A stretch of DNA of 63,829 nucleotides, the filler included, from Hyphochytrium catenoides (Eukaryota; Protista; Hyphochytriomycota): the NCBI GenBank assembly GCA_900088475.1. It is 7 parts of 7 records of this genome, joined end to end, with 100 filler letters (N's around TTAATTAATTAA, not from the genome) between each part and the next. Parts side by side here need not be neighbours in the genome. Positions count along the whole stretch, not along the records: positions 62,505 to 63,829 come from FLMG01002545.1; 6 more parts are not named here. One strand, written 5' to 3'. Under the pieces are notes generated by a model, which was not told where the DNA came from, did not search any database, and worked only from the letters and a program-made list of their open reading frames with translations. Positions 63,040 to 63,829 of the stretch are shown piece after piece (positions within the stretch are counted from its first letter, which is position 1; each line of letters opens with the position of its first letter). The position numbers and the translations under genes were made by a program.

Positions 63040-63486
63040 AAGAGAGAGATGAGAGAGAGAAAGGAGAGAGAGGCGCCGAGGGTAAGAGAGAGAGAGACAC
63101 ACACCCATACAGATAGATAGAGGTAGAGCGTGACATATGAGAGAAACCGTGTGGATAACAACAAGATAAAGTGGTTCCGATGTGGAAGGAAGAGTTAAGG
63201 GAACAGCAAGACACTCTATTCTCTGCTCTTCTTTACCATGTGGCGCCAGGCTCCAGAGTCGTGACATTCACCTATCCGAAGAGAAAATGAAAAAGAAACA
63301 GATTAGAGGAGACATAGGAAAAAGGAAAAGAGAGACAAGGACAGATGCGGATTTCGGGTGATGATGAGAGTGATACGAGCGTCTGACGCGCTTTGCCTAC
63401 CCCTGTTCCTTGGAGTTCATAGCGAAGAGCCAGAGAGAAAGATGAGACAAAGGCCTTTGTGGCACTGTAGATGCACTCCATGGGAG
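62703..63486 (-). CDS. Short-chain dehydrogenase/reductase (internal exons only)
   Basis: YSATKAFVSSFSLALRYELQGTG | VNVTTLEPGATW | TRFGEVSG...VAERGVEGMLQGKRRVV; contains the YxxxK catalytic motif. Confidence 0.85.
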
Positions 63487-63493
63487 CTAAGAG

Positions 63494-63524
<31 letters not shown>

Positions 63525-63643
63525 CAACAACATGGGATAAGGGGTAAAGAACGTGACTATGTTGGGCAAAAAAAGAGAGCCATTGAACTACGAAAGGGGA
63601 CTAATGTTGTAAGGGAGAGAGGGAAACAAGTGATTTGGTAGAG

Positions 63644-63684
<41 letters not shown>

Positions 63685-63829
63685 GATGAATTCCATATAG
63701 TTGGAGGAGACTCTCCCGCAGAGCTGAGAGAGCATAGACTGTTGAATAGAAAGAAAGACCTAAAAGTCATAGAAAGGCTATGGCTTGTCAGGGAGATGAT
63801 AAGCTCACGGACTACGGAAGGGAAGAAGA

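Noticed and set aside
25075-63770. Many ORFs rich in SLSLSL or ERERER
   Set aside because: They are stop-free translations of CT/GA microsatellites in introns, or antisense shadows of real genes.

Overview
This window is intron-rich eukaryotic nuclear DNA, probably from a stramenopile: SF3B3 and the GNAT-fascin protein resemble oomycete-type proteins as I recall them, which is inference. It is not one locus. Seven contigs are joined by six artificial 100-bp linkers (44 N + TTAATTAATTAA + 44 N). Contig 1 (1-23448) holds SF3B3, an EF-hand/HAD-IIA phosphatase fusion, a large LRR+IQ protein, and a head-to-head pair of mitochondrial ATP synthase delta and beta genes. Contig 2 (23549-47689) holds a TauE transporter, a bacterial-type P-loop kinase frameshifted inside a (GA)9 tract, a Lys-rich protein, MND1, acylpeptide hydrolase, mitochondrial RF2 and HDDC2. 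Contig 3 (47790-54567) holds an intron-containing Helitron Rep-helicase with three single-base frameshifts. Contigs 4-7 hold partial THOC1, La protein, a GNAT-fascin fusion and a partial SDR. The most striking non-genic signal is a strand-oriented invasion of introns, and even exons, by (CT)n/(GA)n microsatellites, which spares some genes (MND1, all of contig 1). Most of the supplied ORF track (SL- and ER-repeat ORFs) is an artefact of these repeats. Gene models were spliced by eye, and no database searches were run.
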